DNA of 58,963 nt, the filler included. It is 4 parts of 4 records of this genome, joined end to end, with 100 filler letters (N's around TTAATTAATTAA, not from the genome) between each part and the next. Parts side by side here need not be neighbours in the genome. Positions count along the whole stretch, not along the records: positions 49,662 to 58,963 come from DRR378314_1685; 3 more parts are not named here. One strand, written 5' to 3'. Positions within the stretch are counted from its first letter, which is position 1. Each line of letters begins with the position of its first letter. A program made the translations under genes and the position numbers. Shown piece after piece: positions 58,201-58,963 of this stretch. Below the pieces are notes generated by a model that was not told the DNA's origin, made no database searches, and saw only the letters and a list, made by a program, of their open reading frames with translations.

Positions 58201-58760
58201 AGGTGGCAGACTGTGCAGCGCGCGACTCCGCGGCAATGCGGTACCATACCTCTGCTCGCACAGCAAACACGGTCCGCTTCGAAAACACGCCGCCCTTGAC
58301 GCGCGGATGGCTGACTTTTCCCACGACAATCTTCTTCGGCAGCAAATAGTCTTCAAGCACCGCTGGGCATTTGGCGCGCTACAACACGCGACGGCACAGC
58401 GGCGACCAGAGTAATGCAACAGCACCGGTGACATAAGAACACGTAAAAAAAATTTGTGCGGTGAGAGTGCCCACACCCATATCTATGTTCACAATGGGAT
58501 GCAATCAGATACACCGTATGAGTATATGTCTCTTCCGGGGAAAAACGGGCCAGTACAGAGAAAAAGAGCAAGAGCACGAGATGCAGGCAACAGAAACTGC
58601 GCCGCGTTGCAGAAACGGAACGGCCCAATACCTTGAAAGGAGTCAACTCCGCTTCGAACCACAATCGCGCTAGCATCGACTCGTTGACGTCAGATTCCAC
58701 ATACTGCGCTGCTTCTGTATGCAGCGCCTTGGGTGTGGATGAATCCTCGCGCTCCTGCAA
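55275..58760 (-). CDS. Sorting nexin (PX + BAR-like coiled coil); termini approximate
   Basis: PX motifs KGGVFSKRTVFAV, RSYKEFEWLHNML..GTIIPPLP, LSRFLTRVLRNPLLASS..FRAFM. Downstream helical exons end YERVRRSLPVELRR..ILDFSQHQLGISSK..W, typical of SNX-BAR C-termini. Confidence 0.82.
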
Positions 58761-58963
58761 GCGGCATGCCGATACAAATCAAGCGCACGCCGCGGCGCAC
58801 AGGAACGCGCCCATTTGTGATTGTGAAAATGGACGCAAACCATGAAGGGGACGCGACTGGCAATGCACGTAGAGCAACACCACAAGCGAGTTCTCGAACG
58901 AACATTTAGAATAAAGCACCTGTATTCGTTTGTTGCATTCCGCTCAGAAGAAAAAAAACATGT

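Noticed and set aside
31379-58963. Introner-like repeated introns or an alternative genetic code in the eukaryote
   Set aside because: Introns show no mutual similarity by eye, and spliced genes translate in the standard code with TAG/TAA stops.
1-58963. CRISPR arrays, tRNA or rRNA genes
   Set aside because: No spaced direct repeats or recognisable structural RNA signatures seen by eye.

Overview
This window is a pseudo-scaffold of four unrelated contigs joined by artificial 100-bp linkers (44 N + TTAATTAATTAA + 44 N). Three contigs (1-11817, 31379-49561, 49662-58963) are from an intron-rich eukaryote with mostly GT-AG introns, probably a protist. They encode a large TPR-like protein, the 3' end of DCC1, a coactosin-like ADF-H protein, a HOL-type halide/thiol methyltransferase, a TMEM185-like multipass RING ligase, a secreted EGF/FN3 protein, the 3' end of a GH125 mannosidase, ATG7 and a PX-BAR sorting nexin. 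The second contig (11918-31278) is intronless alphaproteobacterial DNA, probably Rhodobacteraceae. It carries a co-oriented catabolic cluster between IS remnants: MarR, an isatin-hydrolase-like cyclase, a CrtI-like flavoprotein, MarR, IorA/IorB, a second CrtI-like flavoprotein, a Tat-exported ABC importer and a TRAP importer. The best candidate for an undescribed system is this cluster, a putative indolic catabolic route (oxindole/isatin -> isatinate -> anthraniloyl-CoA) with an operator-like motif shared by two promoters. The second candidate is the eukaryotic methyl-halide transferase, which has a mitochondrial-like N-terminus and a peroxisomal -AKL tail. All assignments come from manual reading and remembered family motifs; no searches were run.
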